Positions 37,009 to 46,236 of a stretch of 64,000 nt of DNA are shown in pieces (position 1 is the stretch's first letter; every line of letters starts with the position of its first letter). The notes under the pieces were generated by a model. The model made no database searches. It was not told where the DNA came from and saw only the letters and a list, made by a program, of their open reading frames with translations. Both the position numbers and the translations under genes were made by a program. The DNA is taken from assembly GCF_004353825.1 (NCBI RefSeq), contig NZ_SMNA01000004.1, positions 310,001 through 374,000 of the forward strand, written 5' to 3'. This DNA comes from Occultella glacieicola (GTDB taxonomy: Bacteria; Actinomycetota; Actinomycetes; Actinomycetales; Beutenbergiaceae).

Positions 37009-38361
37009 ATGAAGAACATCAGAAGGACCCTTCGGGTCACCGCGGCCGCCGCAGCGATCACGCTATTGGCGGCCTGCGGCGCGGGCGGTGAAGGATCGTC
37101 CGACGGGCGTGAGGAACTCGAACTCTGGTTCTGGGGTGCCACGCCGGCGCAGCGGGCGGCCCTCGAGGAGAACCTCGTCGACGCCTACAACGCCTCGCAG
37201 GACGAGTACACCCTGACGGTCACGTTCAACGAGCGCGTCGACAGCAACATCCAGACCGCGCTCGCGGCCAACGAGGGACCGGACATCGTCTATGGCTCGG
37301 GCCCGTCGTTCGTCTCGCCGTTCGCGCAGAGCGGCAAACTCCTGAACCTCGACGAATACTCCGAGCAGTACGGCTGGCAGGACCGGCTCCTGGCACCGAT
37401 CTACGAGTCCGGCACCGTGGACGGCAGCCTCTACGCCGTCGCCAACTCCATCAACACGGTCGGGATCTTCTACAACCAGGCGGTCCTCGACGACCTCGGA
37501 GTCGGCGTTCCGACCACCATCGAGGAACTTGAGACGGCGTTGGCCGCCGCCCAGGACGCGGGACTCTACCCGTCGGTCACCGGGAACAAGGGCTGGCAGC
37601 CCGTCAACGAGAACTACTCCTCGATGTTCCTGACGGCGGTCGCCGGCCCGGACGCGATGCATGACGTGCTCACCGGCGCGGCCTCGTGGACGGACCAGCC
37701 CTACGTCGATGCCGTCCAGATGAGTGCCGACTGGTACGAGAACGGGTATCTCGGCGGCGGCCAGTACACCAACCTCAACTTCCTCGAGTCCATGCAGCTC
37801 CTCTCGGACGGGCAATCCCCGTTCTTCTTCGGACCGACGCTCGCGTTCCAGTTCGCGGCCGAGTTCTTCAACACCGAGAACGGCAACGTCGACGATCTCG
37901 GCTTCATCCCGTTCCCCACGGTCGGTGCGGAGCTCGAGTCGCCCCTGTACACGCTGGCCACCACCGCGTCCTTCTCGATCAACGCCCAGTCCGAGCATCC
38001 GGATGCCGCCGCCGAGGTCATCGACCACATGCTGACCGAGGACTTCATGAGCACGATGACCGCGCAGTGGCCCGGGTACTGGGGTGTCCCGCTCGCAGGG
38101 GTGGAACTCGACCCGGCGCAGTTCGACGGGCTGTCGGCAGCGTATGTAACCGCGCTCGTCGACATCCTCACCGCCACTGAGGAGGGTCGCTTCGGGTACT
38201 TCACCGGCACGTTCTTCCCACCCCAGACCCAGCAGGCCCTGGTTGACATCGACACGGTGTGGACCGGTCAGGCCGACGCCGAGACCTTCCTGACCGGCAT
38301 CGAGACCACCTTCGCCGCCGAACTCGCCGACGGTGCGGTCCCACCGATCCCGGCGCCCTAG
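37009..38361 (+). CDS. carbohydrate ABC transporter solute-binding lipoprotein
   Basis: Lipobox LAAC, GPDIV, GSLYAV, IFYN, SEHPDAAAE; RBS GAGGAG. Confidence 0.93.
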   Translation: MKNIRRTLRVTAAAAAITLLAACGAGGEGSSDGREELELWFWGATPAQRAALEENLVDAYNASQDEYTLTVTFNERVDSNIQTALAANEGPDIVYGSGPSFVSPFAQSGKLLNLDEYSEQYGWQDRLLAPIYESGTVDGSLYAVANSINTVGIFYNQAVLDDLGVGVPTTIEELETALAAAQDAGLYPSVTGNKGWQPVNENYSSMFLTAVAGPDAMHDVLTGAASWTDQPYVDAVQMSADWYENGYLGGGQYTNLNFLESMQLLSDGQSPFFFGPTLAFQFAAEFFNTENGNVDDLGFIPFPTVGAELESPLYTLATTASFSINAQSEHPDAAAEVIDHMLTEDFMSTMTAQWPGYWGVPLAGVELDPAQFDGLSAAYVTALVDILTATEEGRFGYFTGTFFPPQTQQALVDIDTVWTGQADAETFLTGIETTFAAELADGAVPPIPAP

Positions 38362-38370
38362 CAGTGGTGA

Positions 38371-38407
38371 CGGGTGGGTCGCCCACGCAGTGCGGCCGAC
38401 CCACCCG
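38371..38407 (+). terminator. intercistronic stem-loop after the SBP gene (partial terminator or mRNA stabiliser)
   Basis: CGGGTGGGTCG...CGACCCACCCG 11-bp stem. Confidence 0.55.
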
Positions 38408-38430
38408 AACCCGCAGGAACGGAACGACTC

Positions 38431-39357
38431 ATGACAGTTCTGAACTCTGTGCAGCCTGACGCCGACACCGCGACCGTCAAGGATGCCCGTCGTGGACGGG
38501 GACATGGTGTCCATTACCTACTCCTGGCGCCGGCGATCCTGCTCTCGATGGCGATCGTGCTCGTTCCCGGCGTGTTCACGTTGGTCACCTCGTTCACCGA
38601 CTGGAACGGTGTCGCGGCCGACCCGGAGTTCGTGGGCGTCGAGAACTACGCGGCGATCCTCGCGGATCCGATCTTCCGGACCGCCGTCGGGAACAACATC
38701 ATCTGGACCCTGTTGTTCCTGACCATCCCCGTTGTCCTCGGGTTGGGCGTGGCGTTACTGCTGCTTCGCCGGCCGCGCACGCGCGGGCTCTACCAGGTCA
38801 TCTTCCTGCTGCCCTACGTGATGGCCGCGGTCACGAACGCGATGGTCTGGCTGAACATGATCTACAGCCCCATCTCCGGAGTGATCGGGTTCCTGAACAA
38901 GCAGGGCTGGGACATCGACTCGCCGATCTCCAGCCTCGACGGCGCGATCTACGCGGTGGCCGCCGTCGACATCTGGCACTACTGGGGCTTCCTCCTCGTC
39001 GTCTACCTCGCGGCGCTGCGACAGACGCCGGTGGAGCAGATCGAGGCGGCCCAGCTCGAGGGAGCCAACTCGTGGCAGGTGTTCCGCTACGTCTACCTGC
39101 CGAACATCCGCCCCACGATGCAACTCATGTTCGTGATGATCATGATCTTCTCCTTCCTCACGTTCGACTACATCTTCCTGATGACCCAGGGCGGACCCGC
39201 CAACTCCACGGAGATGCTCAGCACGTTCGCCTACAGCCTCGCGTTCGCGACGTTCCAGTTCGGAAAGGCCGCGGCCGTCGGCATCGTCATGGGTGTGTTC
39301 GGGCTCGTCGCCTCCGTCATCTACACCCGCATGAGCCGGAGAGGCATGGACGTATGA
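38431..39357 (+). CDS. carbohydrate ABC transporter permease (MalF-like)
   Basis: SFTDWNG, EAAQLEGAN, GGPANSTE, FGKAAA. Confidence 0.93.
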   Translation: MTVLNSVQPDADTATVKDARRGRGHGVHYLLLAPAILLSMAIVLVPGVFTLVTSFTDWNGVAADPEFVGVENYAAILADPIFRTAVGNNIIWTLLFLTIPVVLGLGVALLLLRRPRTRGLYQVIFLLPYVMAAVTNAMVWLNMIYSPISGVIGFLNKQGWDIDSPISSLDGAIYAVAAVDIWHYWGFLLVVYLAALRQTPVEQIEAAQLEGANSWQVFRYVYLPNIRPTMQLMFVMIMIFSFLTFDYIFLMTQGGPANSTEMLSTFAYSLAFATFQFGKAAAVGIVMGVFGLVASVIYTRMSRRGMDV

Positions 39358-40190
39358 GCCGCAGCTCGAACCGGGCGCTGCGGGCGACCCCCGGTCACAT
39401 CATTCTCATCCTGCTCGTGTTCACGGCGCTGTTCCCGATCGTGCTGGTGCTGCTGAACAGCCTGAAGGATGCCCCGGAGGTGGTGCGCAATCCACTCGCG
39501 CTGCCCGAGTCCCCGGACTGGTCGAACTTCGCCGAAGCGTGGCAGTACGCCGGATACACCCGCGGATTCGCCAACAGTGTGCTGCTCACTGCCACGACGG
39601 TCGCGACCGTGCTATTGACCGCGGCGCCGGCGGCCTACGTGCTCGCTGCTCGCAAGATCAAGGCGGCCGGCCCGGTGATGATCTATCTCATGGTGGCCAT
39701 GACGGTGCCGATCCAACTCTTCCTGTTCCCGCTCTACGCGGTGTTCGCCCGGCTCGGCCTGCTCAGCAACGTCGTCGCCGTCGGCGTGATCGTCGCCGCG
39801 ATCAACATGCCCCTCGCCGTCATGCTGCTGCGCACGTTCTTCCTGCGGATCCCGAGCGAACTGCCGGAGGCCGCCACCATGGACGGCGCGAACACCTTCC
39901 AGGTGCTCCGGCACGTGCTGGTCCCTGCCGTCTCGCCCGGCATGATCACCGTCGGCATCATCGTAGGGCTGAACGCCTGGAACGAGTACCTCATCTCGGT
40001 GACGTTCCTCCAGCGGGAGGAGAGCTACACCGCCACCCTCGGGTTCCTGTCCCTGACCGGAACGTTCGCGGTCGACCAGGGGGTCCTGATGGCCGGCGCG
40101 GCCATCCTGATCCTCCCGATCGTCTTCCTCTTCCTAGCCGCCCAGCGCAAGTTCGTCGACGGTCTCGTCAGCGGTTCGGTCAAGGGGTGA
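39354..40190 (+). CDS. carbohydrate ABC transporter permease (MalG-like)
   Basis: ELPEAATMDGA, WNEYL, QRKFVDGL..GSVKG. Confidence 0.93.
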   Translation: MSRSSNRALRATPGHIILILLVFTALFPIVLVLLNSLKDAPEVVRNPLALPESPDWSNFAEAWQYAGYTRGFANSVLLTATTVATVLLTAAPAAYVLAARKIKAAGPVMIYLMVAMTVPIQLFLFPLYAVFARLGLLSNVVAVGVIVAAINMPLAVMLLRTFFLRIPSELPEAATMDGANTFQVLRHVLVPAVSPGMITVGIIVGLNAWNEYLISVTFLQREESYTATLGFLSLTGTFAVDQGVLMAGAAILILPIVFLFLAAQRKFVDGLVSGSVKG

Positions 40191-40201
40191 TCCCGGTGGT
40201 C

Positions 40202-42343
40202 ATGAAAGAGCAGGACTACACGGAACGCACGTATGCGGGGGTACTCGGGAAGATCATCGGCGTCTACCTGGGGCGCCCTGTCGAGGGCTGGCCCTACGCC
40301 GACATCGCCGAGCGGTTCGGGACGTTGACGCACTACGTCAACGACCAACTCGGGATCCCGGTCGTGACCGCGGATGACGACATCTCGGGCACGTTCGCGT
40401 TCTCCCGCGCGGTGCTCGACCACGCCGGCACCGGGCCGCTCAACGCCCGGCAGGTCGGCGAGACCTGGCTCAACTACATCGTCGAGGACCGCACGATCCT
40501 GTGGTGGGGCGGACGTGGGCGATCCACCGAACACACCGCCTATCTGAACCTCAAGAACGGCGTGCCCGCGCCCGGATCGGGCTCCGCGCGACGCAACGGG
40601 CGGACCCTACCCGTGCAGGTGGGCGCCCAGATCTTCGTCGACGGCTTCGCCATGATGAGTCCCGGTGACCCGGACCGGGCCGCTGCCCACGCCCGGGCGG
40701 CGGCCTCCGTGAGCCACGACGGCGTGGCCGTGGATGCGGCCGCGTTCATCGCCGCGATGGAGGCACTCGCCTACATCGAACCCGACCTGCACGTCCTGAT
40801 CGAGACGGGACGGACCCAGGTCAAGGATCCGGTCCTGCAGCAGATCATCGACGACGTGCTGACCTGGTGCGCGCCAGGCGCCGACTGGCGTGGGGTCCGG
40901 GACCGGATCGAGCAGACGTACGGCTACTCCGTGTTCCACGGCCCGTGCCCGGCCACGACCAACAACGCCGCGGTGCTCTCGGCCCTTCTGCTCGGTGGCG
41001 ACAGCTTCCACCGGGCCGTCTCGATCGCGTCCTCGGCCGGCTGGGACACCGACTCCAACGCCGGCGTGGTCGGCGCACTGAACGGGATCAGACTCGGGCT
41101 CAGCGCCCTGGACGCGGAGGCGGACCTGCGCTCGCCGGTGGCCGACCAGTTGCTGGTGGTGACCGCGGACGGTGGGGAGTGCATCTCCGACGCGGTGCAG
41201 CAGACGCGGGCCATCACGGCCGGCAGACGCCTCCTCGACGGTCTCCCACCTGCGCCTCGGCCGGCACGATTCGCATTCGAACTGCCCGGCTCCGTGCAGG
41301 GCTTCGCCCCGTGCCCGGACGTCGCTTCGCCCTACACCCGGGTAGCGGTCGCCAACGTCCACCCGCGCCCCGGCGGACGGGTCGGCCCGGATGCGGGCGG
41401 CCTGGTGATCACGTGCGCGGGCATCGCCGAAACGGTGCCCGCGGCCGTCTCCACCCCGGTGTTCCTACCGAGGGCCGCGGACGGGGACAACTTCTCGACC
41501 ATCGCCAGCCCGACCCTCTACCCCGGGCAGCGCGTCCGGTTGACTGCCCGCCTCGCGGCGCCCACGTCGCAGGCAGGCCCGACGCTGCGCCCGTACGTGC
41601 TCACCGAGGCTGACGCACGGATGGTGGCGACGTTCGGTCCCGACCTCCTCCTGGCGGAGGAGCCACGCGAGGTGGTCTGGGAGGTGCCCGAGGTCGGTGC
41701 GAACCCGATCCTGCGACTCGGTGTGGCGGTGACCTCCACGAGCCGGTTCGACGGCGACGTGGTGCTGGAGCGGGTGGACTGGTCCGGCGCACCGGTTCGC
41801 CACGCCCGGTCCGGCGTCCTGATGACCTCGATCTGGGACCTCACCCCGGAGCCGCTGCGGGCGTGGGTGAGCTCGGCGAAGGACTTCGAGGCCGACTTCA
41901 GGTACTCCTACTCCGTGTCCCACCCCGAGGGGACCGGATTGGCGACCATCGGCACCCGGGACTGGGACGACTACACGTTCTCCTCGACCCTCGTGTTCAA
42001 TCCCCACGAACGCGGCGGCCTGGTGGTCCGGGCCCGCGGACACCGCCGCTACTACGCCGCGGTGTTCGAGTCGTGGCAGCGGATCTCGTTGGTGCGCCGC
42101 GACCACGACCGTGAGGAGATCCTCGCGAGCGCACCCTTCACGTACGCCGAGGACGTGCCCTATCGGGTCACGGTGAGCTGCCATCGGGACCGGCTCACGG
42201 TCAGGATCGACGACGCCGAGGTCCTGACCGCCTCGGACGACGCCGCGAACGCGCACTCGAGCGGAGGCGCGGGCTTCCTCGTCACGACCGGCACCGTGCT
42301 CGCCGACGGCTTCGAGGTCGGTTCGCTCGGGCCGGACCGATGA
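40202..42343 (+). CDS. ADP-ribosylglycohydrolase (ARH/DraG) family protein with long C-terminal beta-rich extension
   Basis: YAGVLGKIIGVYLGRPVEGW, ADDDIS, SHDG, GWDTDSNAG metal-binding motifs in the first ~320 aa; ~390-aa tail ending WDDYTFS...GGAGF. Alternative GTG start at 40187. Confidence 0.88.
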   Translation: MKEQDYTERTYAGVLGKIIGVYLGRPVEGWPYADIAERFGTLTHYVNDQLGIPVVTADDDISGTFAFSRAVLDHAGTGPLNARQVGETWLNYIVEDRTILWWGGRGRSTEHTAYLNLKNGVPAPGSGSARRNGRTLPVQVGAQIFVDGFAMMSPGDPDRAAAHARAAASVSHDGVAVDAAAFIAAMEALAYIEPDLHVLIETGRTQVKDPVLQQIIDDVLTWCAPGADWRGVRDRIEQTYGYSVFHGPCPATTNNAAVLSALLLGGDSFHRAVSIASSAGWDTDSNAGVVGALNGIRLGLSALDAEADLRSPVADQLLVVTADGGECISDAVQQTRAITAGRRLLDGLPPAPRPARFAFELPGSVQGFAPCPDVASPYTRVAVANVHPRPGGRVGPDAGGLVITCAGIAETVPAAVSTPVFLPRAADGDNFSTIASPTLYPGQRVRLTARLAAPTSQAGPTLRPYVLTEADARMVATFGPDLLLAEEPREVVWEVPEVGANPILRLGVAVTSTSRFDGDVVLERVDWSGAPVRHARSGVLMTSIWDLTPEPLRAWVSSAKDFEADFRYSYSVSHPEGTGLATIGTRDWDDYTFSSTLVFNPHERGGLVVRARGHRRYYAAVFESWQRISLVRRDHDREEILASAPFTYAEDVPYRVTVSCHRDRLTVRIDDAEVLTASDDAANAHSSGGAGFLVTTGTVLADGFEVGSLGPDR

Positions 42344-43245
42344 CGGGTATCGCCGTGGTGGGCAGCCTCAACGAGGACCTCGTGGTGGAGGTCGTCGTGG
42401 CACCCGCGGCCGGTGAGACCGTATTGGCCCGTGGTCACCAGCGCGGACTCGGGGGCAAGGGCGCCAACCAGGCCGTCGCGGCGGCCAGGCTCGGCGGCCG
42501 AGTACATCTGACGGGGTGCGTCGGTGACGATGCCGGCGGCAACGAGTTCCGGCGTCGGCTGGCCGCCGAGCGGATCGATACGACCGGCATCCGGGTGCGT
42601 GACGGCGGTGCCACTGGACTCGCCGTCATCGTCGTCGACCGAGCCGGGGAGAACCGGATCCTGGTCAGCGCCGGCAGCAACGCGACCTTGGGCCAGGGGG
42701 ACCTCTCCGAGGGTGCCCTGGCCACGGCGTCCGTCGTGCTTGCGCAGCTGGAGGTGCCGGCGGACGCGGTGCTGGCTGCGTTCCGGATGGCCGCCGGGCG
42801 TCGGATCCTCAACGCTGCACCGGCCGCTCCGGTGTCGGCGGAGCTGCTCGAGCTCGTCGACATTCTGGTTGTCAATGAGACCGAGCTCGCCTCGATCACG
42901 GGCCGGGGGATCCCCGAGAGTCCCCACGAAGCACTCGCACAGGCCGGCGTCGTGACCGGACCGGAGACGGTCGTCGTCACGCTGGGCGGCTCGGGTTGCG
43001 TGGTACTCACCTCCGGTGAGTCATGGCACGAACCCGGTCGCACCGTTCCGGTCGTCGACACGACAGCGGCCGGCGATGCCTTCTGTGGCGCCCTCGCCGT
43101 GCGGCTCAGCGTGGGCGACGACCTGCGGAGCGCGGTGCGGTACGCGACCCGGGTGGGCGCTGCCGTCGTGACCCGTCGTGGAGCCATCGACTCCCTCCCA
43201 ACCCTTACCGAACTCGACGATCCGGACGAAGGATGGAACGCATGA
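42340..43245 (+). CDS. rbsK: ribokinase
   Basis: VVGSLNED, GETV, GGKGANQAVAAARLG, GENRI, QLEVP, NAAPA, VNETE, VDTTAAGDAF. Confidence 0.9.
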   Translation: MTGIAVVGSLNEDLVVEVVVAPAAGETVLARGHQRGLGGKGANQAVAAARLGGRVHLTGCVGDDAGGNEFRRRLAAERIDTTGIRVRDGGATGLAVIVVDRAGENRILVSAGSNATLGQGDLSEGALATASVVLAQLEVPADAVLAAFRMAAGRRILNAAPAAPVSAELLELVDILVVNETELASITGRGIPESPHEALAQAGVVTGPETVVVTLGGSGCVVLTSGESWHEPGRTVPVVDTTAAGDAFCGALAVRLSVGDDLRSAVRYATRVGAAVVTRRGAIDSLPTLTELDDPDEGWNA

Positions 43246-44192
43246 CCAGCAAACTCATCATCGACTGTGACCCGGGCATCGACGACGCCCTGGCCATCAT
43301 CCTCGCCCTCAAGGACCCCGGCCTCGAGATCCTGGCGCTCACTGCGGTCACCGGGAACCTCCCGTCCGACCGCACCGCGGTGAACGCCCGCAAGGTGCTC
43401 GAACTCATGGGCGAGCGCGGGACGCCCGTCGCCCAGGGGCCGCTGCAGCCGATCTCACGGGAGTACCCCCACGACCCGTTCTCGCACGGGGACGACGGCC
43501 TCGCGAACACCGCCCTACCGGAGCCGACACTGCCCCTGGAGGACCGCAGTGCCGCGCAACTGATCGTCGACGTCATCAACGACAACGCCGGAGACATCGC
43601 GATCGCCGTGCTCGGCCCGATGACGAACATCGCCCTGGCGCTCGAACTCGACCCGGACCTGCCCCGCAAGGTGAGCAGGATGACGGCCATCGCCGGGTCG
43701 TTCGGATTCACCCGCTACGCGTGGACCCAAGCCACCGGCGACAACCCGGTCAGCGAGTGGAACGTCTACGTCGACCCCGGCGCGGCCGCCACGGTGTTCG
43801 CCGCCGGCTTCGCGCTGACCGCCGTCGGACTGGACGTCGCCACACACCCGGACGTGAATCTCAGCCCGGAGCGATTCGACCGACTCGCCGCGAGTGGGCG
43901 ACCCGAGGCACGGTTCGCGGCCGACATCGTCAGGTTCGTCCGCGGCCGCGGGTACCAGAGCTACTGCGCCCTGATCGACTCGCTGGCGATCGCAGCCCTC
44001 GTCCATCCTGAACTCATGACCACCCAGCGGATCCATTGCGCCGTGGAGACCCGCGGCGAGCTGACTCTCGGCATGACGGTCGCGGACGTCCGCAACCACC
44101 ACCGCTGGGAACACCTGCCACTGCTGGAGGCCGTGAGCGACGTCGATTTCGACGGTTTCCTCGACTATCTCGTCGACGGGCTGGTGCGATGA
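43242..44192 (+). CDS. nucleoside hydrolase (IU-NH fold)
   Basis: DCDPGIDDA Ca-binding motif, TGN, HGDDGL, LGPMTNIA, SEWNVYVDP, GLDV. Confidence 0.92.
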   Translation: MTSKLIIDCDPGIDDALAIILALKDPGLEILALTAVTGNLPSDRTAVNARKVLELMGERGTPVAQGPLQPISREYPHDPFSHGDDGLANTALPEPTLPLEDRSAAQLIVDVINDNAGDIAIAVLGPMTNIALALELDPDLPRKVSRMTAIAGSFGFTRYAWTQATGDNPVSEWNVYVDPGAAATVFAAGFALTAVGLDVATHPDVNLSPERFDRLAASGRPEARFAADIVRFVRGRGYQSYCALIDSLAIAALVHPELMTTQRIHCAVETRGELTLGMTVADVRNHHRWEHLPLLEAVSDVDFDGFLDYLVDGLVR

Positions 44193-45235
44193 TTCGGCAG
44201 ATGAGCGACGTCCCGGCGAACCCCGCCACGCCTCCCTGCGCTGAGCTGCACCTGCACATCGAGGGCACGCTGGAGCCGGACCTGGTGTTCGCGCTCGCGG
44301 AGCGCAACGGGATCGAGCTTCCGGATCGGGACATCGCCGGACTGCGGTCCCGGTACGCCTTCACCGACCTGCAGTCCTTCCTCGACCTCTACTACGAGAA
44401 CATGGCGGTGCTGCGCACGCCGGCCGACTTCGCGGAGATGACGCGCGCCTACCTGACCCGGGCCCGGGCGGCCGGGGTTCGGCACGCCGAGATCATGTTC
44501 GACCCGCAGGCCCACCTGGCCCGGGGGGTGCCGCTGGCCACCAGCGTCGAGGGCATCGCGTCCGTGCTCCGCGCGAGCGAGGCCGAGTTCGGGATCTCGA
44601 CGGGGCTGATCGCGGCGTTCCTTCGGGACCGACCGGCCACCGAAGCGCTCGAGGTCCTCGAGGATCTGTTGGCGATGGACGCGCCGATCATCGGCATCGG
44701 CCTCGACTCCGCCGAGGTGGGGAACCCGCCGTCGGGCTTCACCGCGGTCTACGACCGCGCCCGCCGGGCCGGACTGCACCTGGTGGCGCACGCGGGGGAG
44801 GAGGGACCGCCGTCGTACATCGCAGACGCGCTCGACGACCTCGGCGTCGAGCGGATCGACCACGGGATCCGGTGCCTCGACGACCCGGCACTCGTGGCGA
44901 GGCTGGCCGCCGAGCAGATCCCGCTGACCGTCTGCCCGCTGTCCAACGTGCGGCTGCGGGCGGTGCCCTCACTCGTCGAGCACCCGCTGCGGCGGCTGCT
45001 CGAGGCCGGGGTGGTCGTGACGATCAACTCCGACGACCCGGCCTACTTCGGCGGCTACGTCGATGACAACCTGCACGCCGTGCGGGAGGTCCACAAGCTG
45101 ACCGACGACGAGCTGGCGGCGCTCGCGGCGAACTCGTTCCGCGCCTCCTTCCTCGACGGCGACCGGCGGGATGCGTTGCTCGCCGAGGTCGAGGCGTGGC
45201 GAACCTCGGCGCCCCCGGCCCTCGGTGCGAACTGA
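44189..45235 (+). CDS. adenosine deaminase family protein, likely adenine deaminase
   Basis: HLHIEGTLE, LQSFLDLYY, HAGEEG, RIDHG, CPLSN, NSDDPAYFGG. Alternative start 44201. Confidence 0.9.
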   Translation: MIRQMSDVPANPATPPCAELHLHIEGTLEPDLVFALAERNGIELPDRDIAGLRSRYAFTDLQSFLDLYYENMAVLRTPADFAEMTRAYLTRARAAGVRHAEIMFDPQAHLARGVPLATSVEGIASVLRASEAEFGISTGLIAAFLRDRPATEALEVLEDLLAMDAPIIGIGLDSAEVGNPPSGFTAVYDRARRAGLHLVAHAGEEGPPSYIADALDDLGVERIDHGIRCLDDPALVARLAAEQIPLTVCPLSNVRLRAVPSLVEHPLRRLLEAGVVVTINSDDPAYFGGYVDDNLHAVREVHKLTDDELAALAANSFRASFLDGDRRDALLAEVEAWRTSAPPALGAN

Positions 45236-45248
45236 GGGACCGGAGCGG

Positions 45249-46196
45249 TCAACCGGACGGGTGCCGATCCGGCCTGGGACTCGGCAGCCCGAGGACCACG
45301 GCCAGCCAGGTCAGATTGATCGAGGCGAGGTCGATGAACACCTGACGGAGCCAGTCCGGTTGCGTGCTCACGCAGGCGCGCTGCAGCGACGGCCCGGCAA
45401 GCCTGGCGATGAGCGGTGCGGGTTCGGTGCACACCTGCCACGGCGGCGGACCACCCTCCAGCTGGAGCGTGGGGAGGAGTTGCACGAGGTCGTGCCACTC
45501 GTGGCCGGCGCCGGCGTGCGACCAGTCGACGAGGCGAGCTTCGCGCTCGTCGGCTTCGCCGACGATGCAGAGGTTGTCGCTGCGGAGGTCGCCATGCACC
45601 AGGTGGGCGTCGAGTTCGAGAGCCTCGTCCGCCTCCGCATCGACAGTGGTGAGGGTCTCGGCATTCGCCTCGAGCCAGCCGGGGGTGACCACACCGAGAT
45701 CGGCGAGTCGGCCGGCCAGCTCGATGACACGTTGCCACTGTGGGCCCGGCCAACTGGTGGTACGCGGTAGCTCGGCGGCGATCGGCACCCGGCGCAAACG
45801 GTCGAGCGTGCGGCGGAGGACGTCGATGTCACCGGGGCGCCACAGCGTCGATGTGCCCTCGCCCGGATCCTCGATGCCGGCCGCGGGCCAGTAAGCGGCG
45901 GACAGGTCCTCGGTGACCAGCAGCGGCGCTCCCGTGCCGTCGTCCTGCCAGCCCTGGACCTCGGGGGCGAGGCCGGTGCCACGCAGGTGATCGAGGAACC
46001 GGTGCTCATTGCGCAGCCAGCCCGCGGTCTCGGCGGTCCGCGCCGCCTTGACGAACGCGGCGCCGCCATCGCTGAACGTGACGATCAACCGGTCCGCCGC
46101 TGACAGCCCGAACTCGGGTGCACGCCAGATCACCGCAGTCTTGCCGAGCAGCGACTCCACCGCCCCGGCGATCGCGGGCCTTTCGGCAGATCTCAC
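45249..46196 (-). CDS. aminoglycoside phosphotransferase (APH)/choline kinase-like protein
   Basis: AFVK, WLRNE, LVTEDL, Brenner motif HGDLRSDN, LVDW. Confidence 0.8.
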   Translation of the reverse strand: MRSAERPAIAGAVESLLGKTAVIWRAPEFGLSAADRLIVTFSDGGAAFVKAARTAETAGWLRNEHRFLDHLRGTGLAPEVQGWQDDGTGAPLLVTEDLSAAYWPAAGIEDPGEGTSTLWRPGDIDVLRRTLDRLRRVPIAAELPRTTSWPGPQWQRVIELAGRLADLGVVTPGWLEANAETLTTVDAEADEALELDAHLVHGDLRSDNLCIVGEADEREARLVDWSHAGAGHEWHDLVQLLPTLQLEGGPPPWQVCTEPAPLIARLAGPSLQRACVSTQPDWLRQVFIDLASINLTWLAVVLGLPSPRPDRHPSG

Positions 46197-46236
46197 CCGC
46201 CAGGTATACCAGCCGGCGCCGGTCGGAGCGCAGGGG

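Noticed and set aside
1951..40190. All three carbohydrate ABC clusters lack an ATPase gene
   Set aside because: Normal in Actinobacteria, where a shared MsiK-type ATPase serves many systems; not evidence of decay.
40202..42343. ARH as part of an anti-phage or toxin-immunity system
   Set aside because: No ADP-ribosyltransferase or defence gene is adjacent, and it is tightly linked to sugar transport and ribokinase genes, which favours catabolism.
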